This document shows, piece by piece, positions 9,546 to 18,509 of a DNA stretch of 44,333 bases. This stretch comes from Candidatus Methanoxibalbensis ujae. GTDB lineage: Archaea > Halobacteriota > Syntropharchaeia > Alkanophagales > Methanospirareceae. The notes under the pieces were generated by a model. That model did not search any database, had not been told where the DNA came from, and saw only the letters and a list, made by a program, of their open reading frames with translations. The stretch's first letter is position 1, and every line of letters begins with the position of its first letter. The stretch lies in NCBI GenBank assembly GCA_026134085.1, contig JAOQIN010000010.1, positions 1-44,333 on the forward strand, in the 5' to 3' direction. Both the position numbers and the translations under genes were made by a program.

Positions 9546-10637
9546 ATGGAAGTGGAAGTGTTGTGTTTTTTTCCCTTCTTGAGGAAATCCTCCGATTATA
9601 TAAAGGAGATTGGCGTCAGTTTGGATGACCTCATTTACTCAGCTGCGTTTGAGCGCGCACGTGATAGGGGCTGTGAGCGCGTTATTTCCGCAATCAAAAC
9701 AGGAGAGGTGTCATCGCACCATGTGCTGGCGAAGGATGTGGATATGGAGATTCTCTCATATCCATTTGCGAGAATTCTCGTCAGCTGCATAGGTGATACT
9801 CATCTCGCACGCAGATATGCGAGGGCGGAGGCGAAAACCGCATACAAGATACTGAGTGCTTCCATCGCAGATGAAACGCTGCTGCATGCGCTCGCAGAGG
9901 ATCTCGGCGTGACGGTGTTATGTGGAGGCACATCTCACACTTCCTGTGACGGGGTCGTAGGCGCAGCAAAGCTGGATTTTGGTGTCAGGATGTATCGCAT
10001 ACATTTTACGGATTACCTCCGTCTCGCATCTGAGTTGAGGGGCAGTAAATGGCGTCTTGTGAATCGCATGCTCCACGAGGGCTTCGTTATGGTGAGCGGA
10101 AACGACCTTCTGCAACTCTTTCATGAGGCTTTCTATGACAGAGTGCGGGAGAATCTTCCGATTGAGGTTCCCGGGGATATCTGCGATGCCGTCCGCAAAT
10201 ACACGGATGAGATAAGACAGGTGTTGTCCGTGAATACGAGAGAGGATCGTTCAATCGCCTGTGACGGGATCTCCCAATCCGCTTTCCCGCCATGCATCTC
10301 ATATCTGCTTAAAAGACTGATGGGGGGTGAGGAAATATCCCACAGTGCCAGGTTCGCTCTCACATCTTTTCTTCTGAACATAGGAATGCGCACGGAGGAC
10401 ATCATCCGTCTATATGAGAAAGCGCCTGATTTCGATGCTGAAAAGACCAGATACCAGATAGAACACATTGCGGGCTCGAGAGGCACAAAATACACGGCAC
10501 CTTCATGCAGAACAATGCGCACTTATGGCATATGCGTGAGGGAAAATGATGAATTGTGTGAGAAAGTGGCACACCCTCTCGGCTATTACGCACTCGCAAA
10601 AGAAAAGGAGAAATCAGAAAAACGAAGAAACATGTGA
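9546..10637 (+). CDS. priL: DNA primase large subunit
   Basis: FPPCI, HSARFALTSFL, FDAEKTRYQIEHIAG, PSCRTMRTYGIC and HPLGYY; follows pcn. Confidence 0.95.
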   Translation: MEVEVLCFFPFLRKSSDYIKEIGVSLDDLIYSAAFERARDRGCERVISAIKTGEVSSHHVLAKDVDMEILSYPFARILVSCIGDTHLARRYARAEAKTAYKILSASIADETLLHALAEDLGVTVLCGGTSHTSCDGVVGAAKLDFGVRMYRIHFTDYLRLASELRGSKWRLVNRMLHEGFVMVSGNDLLQLFHEAFYDRVRENLPIEVPGDICDAVRKYTDEIRQVLSVNTREDRSIACDGISQSAFPPCISYLLKRLMGGEEISHSARFALTSFLLNIGMRTEDIIRLYEKAPDFDAEKTRYQIEHIAGSRGTKYTAPSCRTMRTYGICVRENDELCEKVAHPLGYYALAKEKEKSEKRRNM

Positions 10638-10654
10638 TAAGGAGATGAGATTTA

Positions 10655-10990
10655 ATGGAGGACCGGGAGATGAAGACAGAGGGCAAAAATGCGGAGGAGA
10701 GGGTTTGTGATGACTGTGAAATGAGCAATGAAAATAAAAGCGCAGGCGGAGGCAGTGAACATAGCAGTGAAAAAATGACACTTGAGGAAGCCATGATTCG
10801 CCTTGAGGAGATCGTTAATACACTGAGAGATGGGAATTTGTCACTTGAAAATGCACTTCAACTTTTTGAAGAAGGTGTGAATCTGTGCAGGTTCTGCAAT
10901 AAAAAGCTGGATGAGGCTGAATTCAAAGTTCAAATGCTGATTGAGGAGGAGGATGGCATAAGGATAAGAGATATGGAAAGCACAGAATAG
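10655..10990 (+). CDS. xseB: Exodeoxyribonuclease VII small subunit with N-terminal extension
   Basis: TLEEAMIRLEEIVNTLRDGNLSLENALQLFEEGVNLCRFCNKKLDEAE. Start uncertain. Confidence 0.88.
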   Translation: MEDREMKTEGKNAEERVCDDCEMSNENKSAGGGSEHSSEKMTLEEAMIRLEEIVNTLRDGNLSLENALQLFEEGVNLCRFCNKKLDEAEFKVQMLIEEEDGIRIRDMESTE

Positions 10991-11020
10991 AGCAGCGGCA
11001 GTGAGTGAAGGAGCATCATT

Positions 11021-11092
11021 GGGCCCGTGGTCTAGGGGTATGACGTCGCCTTTACGAGGCGAAGGTCATGCGTTCGAATCGCATCGGGCCCA
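11021..11092 (+). tRNA. tRNA-Val(TAC)
   Basis: Acceptor GGGCCCG/CGGGCCC-A; anticodon arm TCGCC-TTTACGA-GGCGA; T-loop TTCGAAT. Confidence 0.97.
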
Positions 11093-11097
11093 TAATC

Positions 11098-11145
11098 TCC
11101 CCTTCTTTTTGTTTTCTCTGTTCTCTCAATTTTCTCTGTTTCCTG
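11098..11145 (+). terminator. Pyrimidine/T-rich tract after tRNA-Val (putative terminator)
   Basis: CCCTTCTTTTTGTTTTCTCTG... immediately downstream of the tRNA. Confidence 0.45.
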
Positions 11146-11204
11146 TTGGCATCAATCTTGCATCCATAGATTGTGTTGATTCTTCTTTGTCTATGATTGG
11201 ATCA

Positions 11205-11660
11205 ACGTGTCCGAATAAGCATCAAACAGCAAATGAGGGACCATCCGGTGACGGTGCCGGTGACGGCGGATATAAAAAAACTGCTGAAAGAATTTGATTT
11301 AAAAAAGTGAAATAAAAGTTGCGGCGATGTATCTCCTCTCATCCCGGAAGAATCTCAAATGTTTGCAAATCGGCCGTCCACTACTGGAGGGACGCTTTTT
11401 TGGTGAGGAGAATAAGAAGGAAAACTCGTAATAGCTTGCTTATATGAAAGAAGCACAACGGAAATGCTATACTCTGATAAGATGAACCTCCAGACGAGAG
11501 ATCAGGATGTGTGAGGCGGATGATTTTGGACAGATTATACTGCTCCGGAAGGAAAAGTGAGAGATCTTGAGGTTCGAGGAGAAGAGTTGAGGTTCGAGTA
11601 GGAGAGGCTGGAACAGGTTATGCAGGATGTTCGCTCAACATGGTGAGATGGTGTCATCAG
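11205..11660 (+). pseudogene. Heavily decayed archaeal IS6-like transposase relic
   Basis: Fragments in shifting frames (KVAAMYLLSSRK, VCKSAVHYW, KHNGN, ELRFE*E..NRLCRMF) occur in the order expected for archaeal IS6 transposases. Many stops and frameshifts; boundaries approximate. Confidence 0.4.
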
Positions 11661-11674
11661 AACAGCACACAGGC

Positions 11675-13714
11675 TCAGCACAACCTGAATGGCTTGAAGG
11701 GGACGCCTCCCCCCTCATAAAACTTCGTGAACCACTCGTAGAAGTGGAGCCTGATAGTGTGTATCGCAGACATTATAGCCTCAAGCAATATCACAATAAC
11801 AGTTCCGAGGAGAAAAATGACAGCACCGATTATTATTCCGACATATGGAACATTGAGACACATGAATGACAGCAGAATGAACACCTCTATCAGCGCAGCA
11901 TGACAGAGCGCGAGCGCGAGAATCCTGCCATAAGATATGATGTTCGCAAGAAATCTGAAGAAGTTCTCAAGAACAGCATCTATCACACCGTCAATGAGTA
12001 TGAGCAGGTAGTCCATCGCCGACCTCGTTTCTTCGCTGTGCTCTGAAGATTCGTGATGATGCTTCAACTCACCGACTACATGGAATATGAAAAGCAATAT
12101 AACGGGCAGAACCAGGAAAACAAACGCCTGCCAATACTCAAATTTGTGGAAAAATATCTTGAACAGCGACAATATGAAATACACAGCACCGAACATGCAC
12201 CACAGCTTCACAACACTGCTTATTCCCTCCATAATCTTACGCTCTGAAAATCTCATTATTCCGTTGAGAACAAGCCCAAGACCCATGTGGACAAAACCGA
12301 TCATCATTGTTATGATGAAGAACATCTTTATCTCCTTAATTGGCTCAAACAGGAATGTTGGCAGACCTTCAAATGCCTTCAGAACATATATGAGCATGCT
12401 CGGCAACTTCATTCCGAGAGATTCCTCAATGATATGAGAAACATGCATGCTGAATCCGAAGAACTCGCCGAAGAGTAATCCGCCTATGATTGAGAAAAAA
12501 CCACAGAGTGATATTATTGTTCCCATATCAGTTCCAATCCTCCTTCTCAAAATAAACCCGAGAGTCAGGAGAATGAGGCCATGACCGATGTCCGGAAACA
12601 TAAGACCGAATATAATGGGAAATATTATTGCTGTTATGAATGTGGGATCAATATCACGATAAAGAGGTGTTCCATACATCTCTATCACAGATTCAAACGA
12701 CTTTATTATTGGCGGATTTTTCAGAAGTGTGGGGACTCTTCTGTCATCTCTGCTCGGCTTGCGAACATCAACCACACAACATTCACCAACTTCCTCCTTC
12801 AATCCAGATATCACACGCTCAACATCTGATGCCGGTGTCCAGCCGTGTATAACTCTTGCGTGCTCTGTCCTCCCGAAAAGCATCTTGGCCCTCATCTTAC
12901 TGTGCTCAGTGCTTGCGAAATCACGCATCTTCATAAGTGTTTCCATGTGCTCATCGCGAAATGCAGCCAGATCACGCCTCACATCTGATATCCTTTTGTT
13001 CAATGATGCAATTTCCTCCTCAACCACGCTCATTGCATGTGCTATATCTGCTGGCATATCCTCCGGAATCTTCTCAAATTCATAATCATATCTTCTCAAA
13101 ACCCTCTCAACTCTGTCCTTATACTCAATCAGCGATATGACAACTGTTTTATCATTTTTTGTTGCGATGAAGAAATTCTCATCAACAGCATCTTTAAGCG
13201 CTCTCTCCAGGCTTTCTGCATTTTCTGCGGGCAGCTTTCCGAAGAAAACGCATATGAACTCTCCCCTGATTTGATCAAGGGATTCAATGCCAAATTCCCT
13301 GAGATCATTCAACATTGCGAGCACTTCACGCCTCTCAGCAAGTTCCTTCTCAAGAGTTTTCAGGTTTTCAATGAGAGATGTTGCATTTCTCTCAAGTTCC
13401 TGAAAAGATGCGGAGACATCATCAAGATTGTTCCATGTTCTGTTCGATGCATGATGTCTTTTTGCCTCGCCGCCGGAGGAGGTTCCTGTTGCGCCCTTTA
13501 TCATGTCAATCAAATTATCAATTTTTGTGACAATTTCAGCACTCTTCATGAGTAGTTCCTCTGAAGGTCTGACAAAGCCCCCCCAATCGTCAATGAACAC
13601 GCGGACATCTGTGAGATGGACATTACCCAGTGCGTCCAATCGTTTTATAACGCGGTCAACATCATCTTCAAGCACAATGACACGCAGCTCTCGCATCTCC
13701 ACCGGCTTCAGCAT
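11675..13714 (-). CDS. atpI: A/V-type ATP synthase subunit I (a)
   Basis: MLKPVEM, PTLLKNP, YGTPLYRDIDPT, DIGHG, SYGRILAL and IRLHFYEWFTKFYEGGG. Start at ATG 13714. Confidence 0.95.
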   Translation of the reverse strand: MLKPVEMRELRVIVLEDDVDRVIKRLDALGNVHLTDVRVFIDDWGGFVRPSEELLMKSAEIVTKIDNLIDMIKGATGTSSGGEAKRHHASNRTWNNLDDVSASFQELERNATSLIENLKTLEKELAERREVLAMLNDLREFGIESLDQIRGEFICVFFGKLPAENAESLERALKDAVDENFFIATKNDKTVVISLIEYKDRVERVLRRYDYEFEKIPEDMPADIAHAMSVVEEEIASLNKRISDVRRDLAAFRDEHMETLMKMRDFASTEHSKMRAKMLFGRTEHARVIHGWTPASDVERVISGLKEEVGECCVVDVRKPSRDDRRVPTLLKNPPIIKSFESVIEMYGTPLYRDIDPTFITAIIFPIIFGLMFPDIGHGLILLTLGFILRRRIGTDMGTIISLCGFFSIIGGLLFGEFFGFSMHVSHIIEESLGMKLPSMLIYVLKAFEGLPTFLFEPIKEIKMFFIITMMIGFVHMGLGLVLNGIMRFSERKIMEGISSVVKLWCMFGAVYFILSLFKIFFHKFEYWQAFVFLVLPVILLFIFHVVGELKHHHESSEHSEETRSAMDYLLILIDGVIDAVLENFFRFLANIISYGRILALALCHAALIEVFILLSFMCLNVPYVGIIIGAVIFLLGTVIVILLEAIMSAIHTIRLHFYEWFTKFYEGGGVPFKPFRLC

Positions 13715-13879
13715 GGCACCCTCACACCTCCTCCAGTTCACAGCAGTTCCGCTGGCGGTTCCGTTATGCTCAACGCAGTATCCTCAGCCGCTCGCCCAAC
13801 GGTGCAGCCAGTGGCGTGTTCGCACAGCGCGGGTTGAGATGAGCATCATCAAAGAAAAATATAATAATTTCTCTTTTTT

Positions 13880-13943
13880 GTAAGCGGACCAGTAAGCGGA
13901 CCACCGGGGGATGCATGTTGCGTTGCAGCCCACCCGGGTGGGC
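13880..13943. promoter_or_regulatory. Direct repeat and perfect palindrome in the atpI/suhB divergent region
   Basis: GTAAGCGGACCA x2 (13880-13903); 16-bp palindrome GCCCACCCGGGTGGGC (13928-13943). Function is inferred only. Confidence 0.45.
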
Positions 13944-14061
13944 AGCTGAGTGTGAGGTGCTGAGGTGCTGAGTGTGAGGTGTAACCAATAGGAATAATGA
14001 GGAGGAATGAGAATGAGGAGTATGGCGTGCATAATCTGATGATGCGAGGGAGTGAGTGAGA

Positions 14062-14913
14062 ATGGACGAGCATGAGCTTTTAGCGATTTCAAAGGAGATA
14101 CAGGGAGATGTGAGGAGGTTCATTGAGGAGAACGAGGAGGATTGCGGTGAGATCATAGGAAAGCGTGTGAGTGATGTTACAAGGCGCATAGACATGTTTG
14201 CGGAGCGTGCACTGGAGCGTGCGCTGGAGAGGCGTGGCATATGTGCGCATATAATCTCGGAGGAGCTCGGCGATCATGTTTTTCCTGAGGACTGCAAGCC
14301 CGAATGCACTCTTATATTTGATCCAATTGACGGCTCTTCAAACGCTGCGACAGGAATTCCCTTCTTCTGTTCATCAATTGCATATTCGCCCAAGACAGAT
14401 AATGTGTCGTTTGATGACATAGAGATAGGCGTCATTGCGACAATATTCGGAAGGATATATCACGCTGTTAAAGGTGTTGGCAAGGCGTTTGTTGATGGGA
14501 AGGAGATGCCTCGCCCGATGAAGGGGAAGGACAAAGCGATAGTCAGCATTTATTCATACGGCAGGAGAATTCCAAATCCGCTCATTAAGAAGCTTTTTGA
14601 GATGCAATATGCTGAAAGATTTCTTGTCCGTGTGCTCGGCAGCATTGCAGTTGAAATGTGTTATGTGGCGGAGGGCGTCATGGATGCTGTGGTTGACCTC
14701 AGAGGCTCTCTTAACGGCTACGATATCGCATCCGCACTTCTCATATTGAGGGAAACAGGAGGTGTCGCAACAGATATTTATGGAAATAATGTGAGCGGGG
14801 AGGTGGCAAAGACCATAAGTATACCCATAATAGCTGCCCGCAAAAAGGAAATGCACGACAGAATCATTGATTATATAAGAAGTGCTCTTCCGAGCAGCGA
14901 GTTTGAGCGATGA
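14062..14913 (+). CDS. suhB: Inositol monophosphatase / bifunctional FBPase-IMPase
   Basis: ISEE, DPIDGSSN, RVLGSIAVEMCYVAEG and YDIASA. Confidence 0.9.
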   Translation: MDEHELLAISKEIQGDVRRFIEENEEDCGEIIGKRVSDVTRRIDMFAERALERALERRGICAHIISEELGDHVFPEDCKPECTLIFDPIDGSSNAATGIPFFCSSIAYSPKTDNVSFDDIEIGVIATIFGRIYHAVKGVGKAFVDGKEMPRPMKGKDKAIVSIYSYGRRIPNPLIKKLFEMQYAERFLVRVLGSIAVEMCYVAEGVMDAVVDLRGSLNGYDIASALLILRETGGVATDIYGNNVSGEVAKTISIPIIAARKKEMHDRIIDYIRSALPSSEFER

Positions 14914-14950
14914 GCGGTGTCGTGGCGAGGAGCTGTGCATTTGTGCTATA

Positions 14951-15020
14951 TGACAGGATGTGATAAAATGCGATAAAATGCGATAAGATGTGATAAAGTG
15001 TGATGAGGTGTGATGTTGTG
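14951..15020. repeat. Degenerate 10-bp tandem array (about 7 copies, YGATAARRTG-like)
   Basis: TGACAGGATG TGATAAAATG CGATAAAATG CGATAAGATG TGATAAAGTG TGATGAGGTG TGATGTTGTG. Confidence 0.85.
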
Positions 15021-15069
15021 AGGGCACAGAGTCACAATTTGAGTGGTTTTGAGGCCGGAGGTGTGTGAT

Positions 15070-16947
15070 GTGCGTATTGCGATTGTTGAGCGAGTCCGCT
15101 GTCAGCCAAAGAAGTGTCAGCAGGAGTGTTTCAAATACTGTCCGCTTGTCAGGACGGGAGTTGAGGCGATTGTCTTTGACGATGACGGAAAGCCTATAAT
15201 ATCGGAGGAGCTTTGCGAGGGATGCGGCATATGTGTAAAGAGATGTCCATTTCACGCGATATCCATCATAGGGCTGCCTGAGGAGTTGAAGGGGCATGAG
15301 ACGCACAGGTTCGGACCGAATGGTTTTGTCCTCTATGGTCTTCCCATACCTGCACACGGAAAGATAACGGGCATAATCGGCGCAAACGGAACCGGAAAGA
15401 GCACTGCCGTGAAGATATTGGCGGGCATGCTCATACCGAATCTCGGTGATTCAGACGCACCGGACACTGTTGAGTGTGAAGGAGCGCAGGGAAGTGCCGA
15501 TAAATGGAGAGAGGTTTTGAAGCGTTTCGCAGGCACTGAGCTGCAGGGATACTTTGAGCGCCTCATATCGCATCGTGTAAAAGCAGCGTTAAAGCCGCAG
15601 CACATTGATGCGATACCTGAGTTCTACGAGGGCGAAGTGAAGGTGTTGCTTGAGCACTTTGACGAGCGAGGAATCATGGAGAACATCGTGAAGACTCTTG
15701 AGATAGGCGAAATGCTTCACAAACCCATCTCAGAACTCAGCGGCGGCGAGCTACAACGCATTGCTATCGCTGCATGCATTATGAGGGATTCTGATATTTA
15801 TTTCATAGATGAGATCACACCTTATCTTGACATATATCAGCGCATGCGCGCTGCGAAGGCTATAAGAGAGTTTCTCGCACATAAAACAGTGGTTGTTGTG
15901 GAGCATGACCTCGCAATCCTTGATATGCTCGCCGATTTCGTCCACATAATATATGGAGAGCCCGCGCGATACGGCATTGTATCGCTGAGAAAAGCAACAA
16001 ACCGCGGCATAAATGAATATCTGCAGGGCTATCTGCGTGCTGAAAATGTGAGGATAAGAGAAAAACCAATAGAGTTCGTTGCACATCCGCCGAGAAAAGC
16101 GGAGAGTGAGGAGGAAGACGATGTTATCGCGGAATTTGGTGATTTCTGCAAGAAATGGGATGGTTTCTGTCTGGTGGCACATTTAAGCGGCACTGTCGGA
16201 GATTCTGGAGTCGGAGGAGATAGAGGTGATAGAGGAGACAGAGGAATCAGAGGAGACGGCAGAGGATGTGTCATAAGAAGGAACGAAATAGTGGGAATTG
16301 TTGGCAGGAACGCCACTGGAAAGAGCACATTCCTCCGCATAATCGCGGGCGAAATAAAGCCAACTGTTGGAGATGTATCAATGAAGGCGAAAATATCATT
16401 CAAGCCACAGTATATAAAGCGCTTTGACATGCGGGTGGGAGACCTTCTTCGCTCGCTGGATGCTGGTGATTTTGAGAGGGTTGAGGTGCTCGAGCCTCTG
16501 GAGGTGAAAAATCTTGAGGATAAAAATGTGAAGGAGCTGAGTGGTGGCGAGCTGCAAATGCTTGCAATCGCGGCATGTCTCTGTCAGTCCGCGGACATAT
16601 ATGCGCTTGACGAGCCATCAGCACATCTCGACATAGAGCAGAAGGTGAGGCTTGTGAAGGTTATGCGGAGATTTGCTGAGAAGAAAGGGGTTTCAATGCT
16701 CATTGTTGATCACGACATATATCTCATTGACATTCTCAGTGATAGATTGATTGTGTTTGGCGGCGTCCCCTCTGTGAGAGGAGAGATTCTTGGAATGTTT
16801 TATATGAGAGATGGTATGAACCTCTTCCTCAAAGAACTCGGTATAACTTTCAGACGCGATGAAAAGACGATGAGACCGAGGGTGAATAAAATAGGCTCCT
16901 CAAAGGACAGAGAACAGAAGGAGCGCGGTGAGTATTATTATCTTTAG
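15070..16947 (+). CDS. rli: Ribosome recycling ATPase ABCE1/RLI
   Basis: N-terminal Fe-S domain (CQPKKCQQECFKYCP, CEGCGICVKRCP), two ABC domains (GANGTGKS, GRNATGKS, LSGGELQ x2) and C-terminal GEYYY. Likely GTG start at 15070. Confidence 0.96.
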   Translation: MRIAIVERVRCQPKKCQQECFKYCPLVRTGVEAIVFDDDGKPIISEELCEGCGICVKRCPFHAISIIGLPEELKGHETHRFGPNGFVLYGLPIPAHGKITGIIGANGTGKSTAVKILAGMLIPNLGDSDAPDTVECEGAQGSADKWREVLKRFAGTELQGYFERLISHRVKAALKPQHIDAIPEFYEGEVKVLLEHFDERGIMENIVKTLEIGEMLHKPISELSGGELQRIAIAACIMRDSDIYFIDEITPYLDIYQRMRAAKAIREFLAHKTVVVVEHDLAILDMLADFVHIIYGEPARYGIVSLRKATNRGINEYLQGYLRAENVRIREKPIEFVAHPPRKAESEEEDDVIAEFGDFCKKWDGFCLVAHLSGTVGDSGVGGDRGDRGDRGIRGDGRGCVIRRNEIVGIVGRNATGKSTFLRIIAGEIKPTVGDVSMKAKISFKPQYIKRFDMRVGDLLRSLDAGDFERVEVLEPLEVKNLEDKNVKELSGGELQMLAIAACLCQSADIYALDEPSAHLDIEQKVRLVKVMRRFAEKKGVSMLIVDHDIYLIDILSDRLIVFGGVPSVRGEILGMFYMRDGMNLFLKELGITFRRDEKTMRPRVNKIGSSKDREQKERGEYYYL

Positions 16948-16976
16948 ATTTGGATTTGGATTTGGATTCGGATTGG
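16947..16976. repeat. GATTTG hexamer microsatellite starting at the ABCE1 stop
   Basis: GATTTG x3 followed by GATTCG and GATTGG. Confidence 0.85.
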
Positions 16977-16997
16977 GAGAAAGAAGGAGAGGCAGTA

Positions 16998-18359
16998 ATG
17001 AGAAGGAAAATAAGAACAACGGGGAGTATATGTCCTGTATGCTTCCGCGTCATATCTGCGAGCATTTTTGAGGAGAATGGTGCGATTTATATGGAGAAGG
17101 AATGCCCTCTTCATGGATATTTCAGCGATATTTTATGGTCTGATGCTGAGTTATATAGAAGATTTGAGAGTTTGGATGTATGTTGTGATATGATGCATCT
17201 GAAAGCACAACATTGTCCTTACATGTGCGGTCTTTGCGATTATCATGCATCCACGACTGTATTGGGTGTGATAGATGTCACTGACAGATGCAACATGCGA
17301 TGTCATGTCTGCTTTGCGGACAGTGGTGCGGGTGAGCGAGAGGAGCCGAGCATTTCAGATGTGAAAAACATGATAGATGCGCTTGCTGATTCTGGAGCGT
17401 TTGCGATACAGTTCAGTGGCGGCGAGCCGACGCTTCGTGATGATCTGCCTGATATGATAGCGTATGCGAGAAAGAGGGTGAAGCATGTTCAGGTTGACAC
17501 AAACGGCATAAGAATGGCTGAGAGTGAGGATTTCTGCAGGGAGATGGAATCAGCTGGGTTGAGTGTTGTGTATCTTCAGTTTGATGGCGTCACTGAATCA
17601 CCATATATAAAGCTGCGTGGCAGGAAGATGTTTGATGTGAAGAGGAGAGCGATAGAAAACCACCGCAAAGCAGGTGAAAATCCAGCTATTGTTCTTGTTC
17701 CCACTGTTGTGAGAGGCGTGAATGACGGGCAGATAGGCAGCATAATAAAATTTGCAGTGGAAAACAGTGATATAATAAGGGGTGTGAACTTTCAGCCCAT
17801 ATCATTCTGTGGCAGAAAAGGATACGATGCGGATATGCGCATAACTGTTTCTGATGTCATCGCAGCAGCGGTGAATCAGACTGGATTTATGCGTCGTGAG
17901 GATTTTTTTCCCCCCTCAGCAATGAGCATAATGCTGAGCACACTCGGTGGTGATGTCGGCTGTCATCATGCATGTGGCGCATTCTCATATCTTTTTGTGA
18001 GGGAAGGAGGAACACCGGAGCCGTTCACTGATTATGTGAATATGAATGCACTGATTGATTCATATAAAAAAAATGGAAAAGTTGGCATATATGCAATGCT
18101 GCGCGGCTCCTTGAAAGGCTCTTTAAAAATTTTGAGAGAAGCGCTTCATAGCTATTTCAAACTCAGCGAACTCCACCGCAAAATGATATTTGTTGGTGCC
18201 ATGCACTTTATGGATGCGTTTAATTTTGATCTTGCGCGTGCGAGGAGGTGCTGCATTCACTATGCACTGCCTTCAGGCGATATCGTGCCTTTTTGCACAT
18301 ACAACATCATACATCGCCGCCGCGCTCGTAACCTGACACCTCGATCTGAGCCGATCTGA
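16998..18359 (+). CDS. tes: Radical SAM tetraether lipid synthase (Tes/GDGT-MAS family)
   Basis: N-terminal SICPVC...KECPLHG, CPYMCGLC, radical SAM CNMRCHVC and C-terminal MHFMDAFNFDLARARRCCIHYA...PFCTYN. Confidence 0.88.
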   Translation: MRRKIRTTGSICPVCFRVISASIFEENGAIYMEKECPLHGYFSDILWSDAELYRRFESLDVCCDMMHLKAQHCPYMCGLCDYHASTTVLGVIDVTDRCNMRCHVCFADSGAGEREEPSISDVKNMIDALADSGAFAIQFSGGEPTLRDDLPDMIAYARKRVKHVQVDTNGIRMAESEDFCREMESAGLSVVYLQFDGVTESPYIKLRGRKMFDVKRRAIENHRKAGENPAIVLVPTVVRGVNDGQIGSIIKFAVENSDIIRGVNFQPISFCGRKGYDADMRITVSDVIAAAVNQTGFMRREDFFPPSAMSIMLSTLGGDVGCHHACGAFSYLFVREGGTPEPFTDYVNMNALIDSYKKNGKVGIYAMLRGSLKGSLKILREALHSYFKLSELHRKMIFVGAMHFMDAFNFDLARARRCCIHYALPSGDIVPFCTYNIIHRRRARNLTPRSEPI

Positions 18360-18497
18360 GATGAGATGAGATGAGAGGGTGAGAGAGTGAGTAAAGTGAG
18401 CAAGAGAGAGAGCGTGTGATGTGAATGTGAGAGCGAGCGAGAGCATGTGTGAGGGAGTGAGAGTGAGTGAGAGAGTGAGTGAGAGAGTGAGAGAGGG
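18342..18497. repeat. Purine-rich microsatellite tract (CGATCTGAG x2, GAGAT and GAGAGTGA repeats)
   Basis: About 150 nt of nested short repeats between tes and the ArsA/Get3 gene. Confidence 0.9.
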
Positions 18498-18509
18498 GGA
18501 AGATGCGAG

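Noticed and set aside
11001..11297. 98-aa ORF from the track
   Set aside because: It overlaps tRNA-Val and its terminator and has no protein features.
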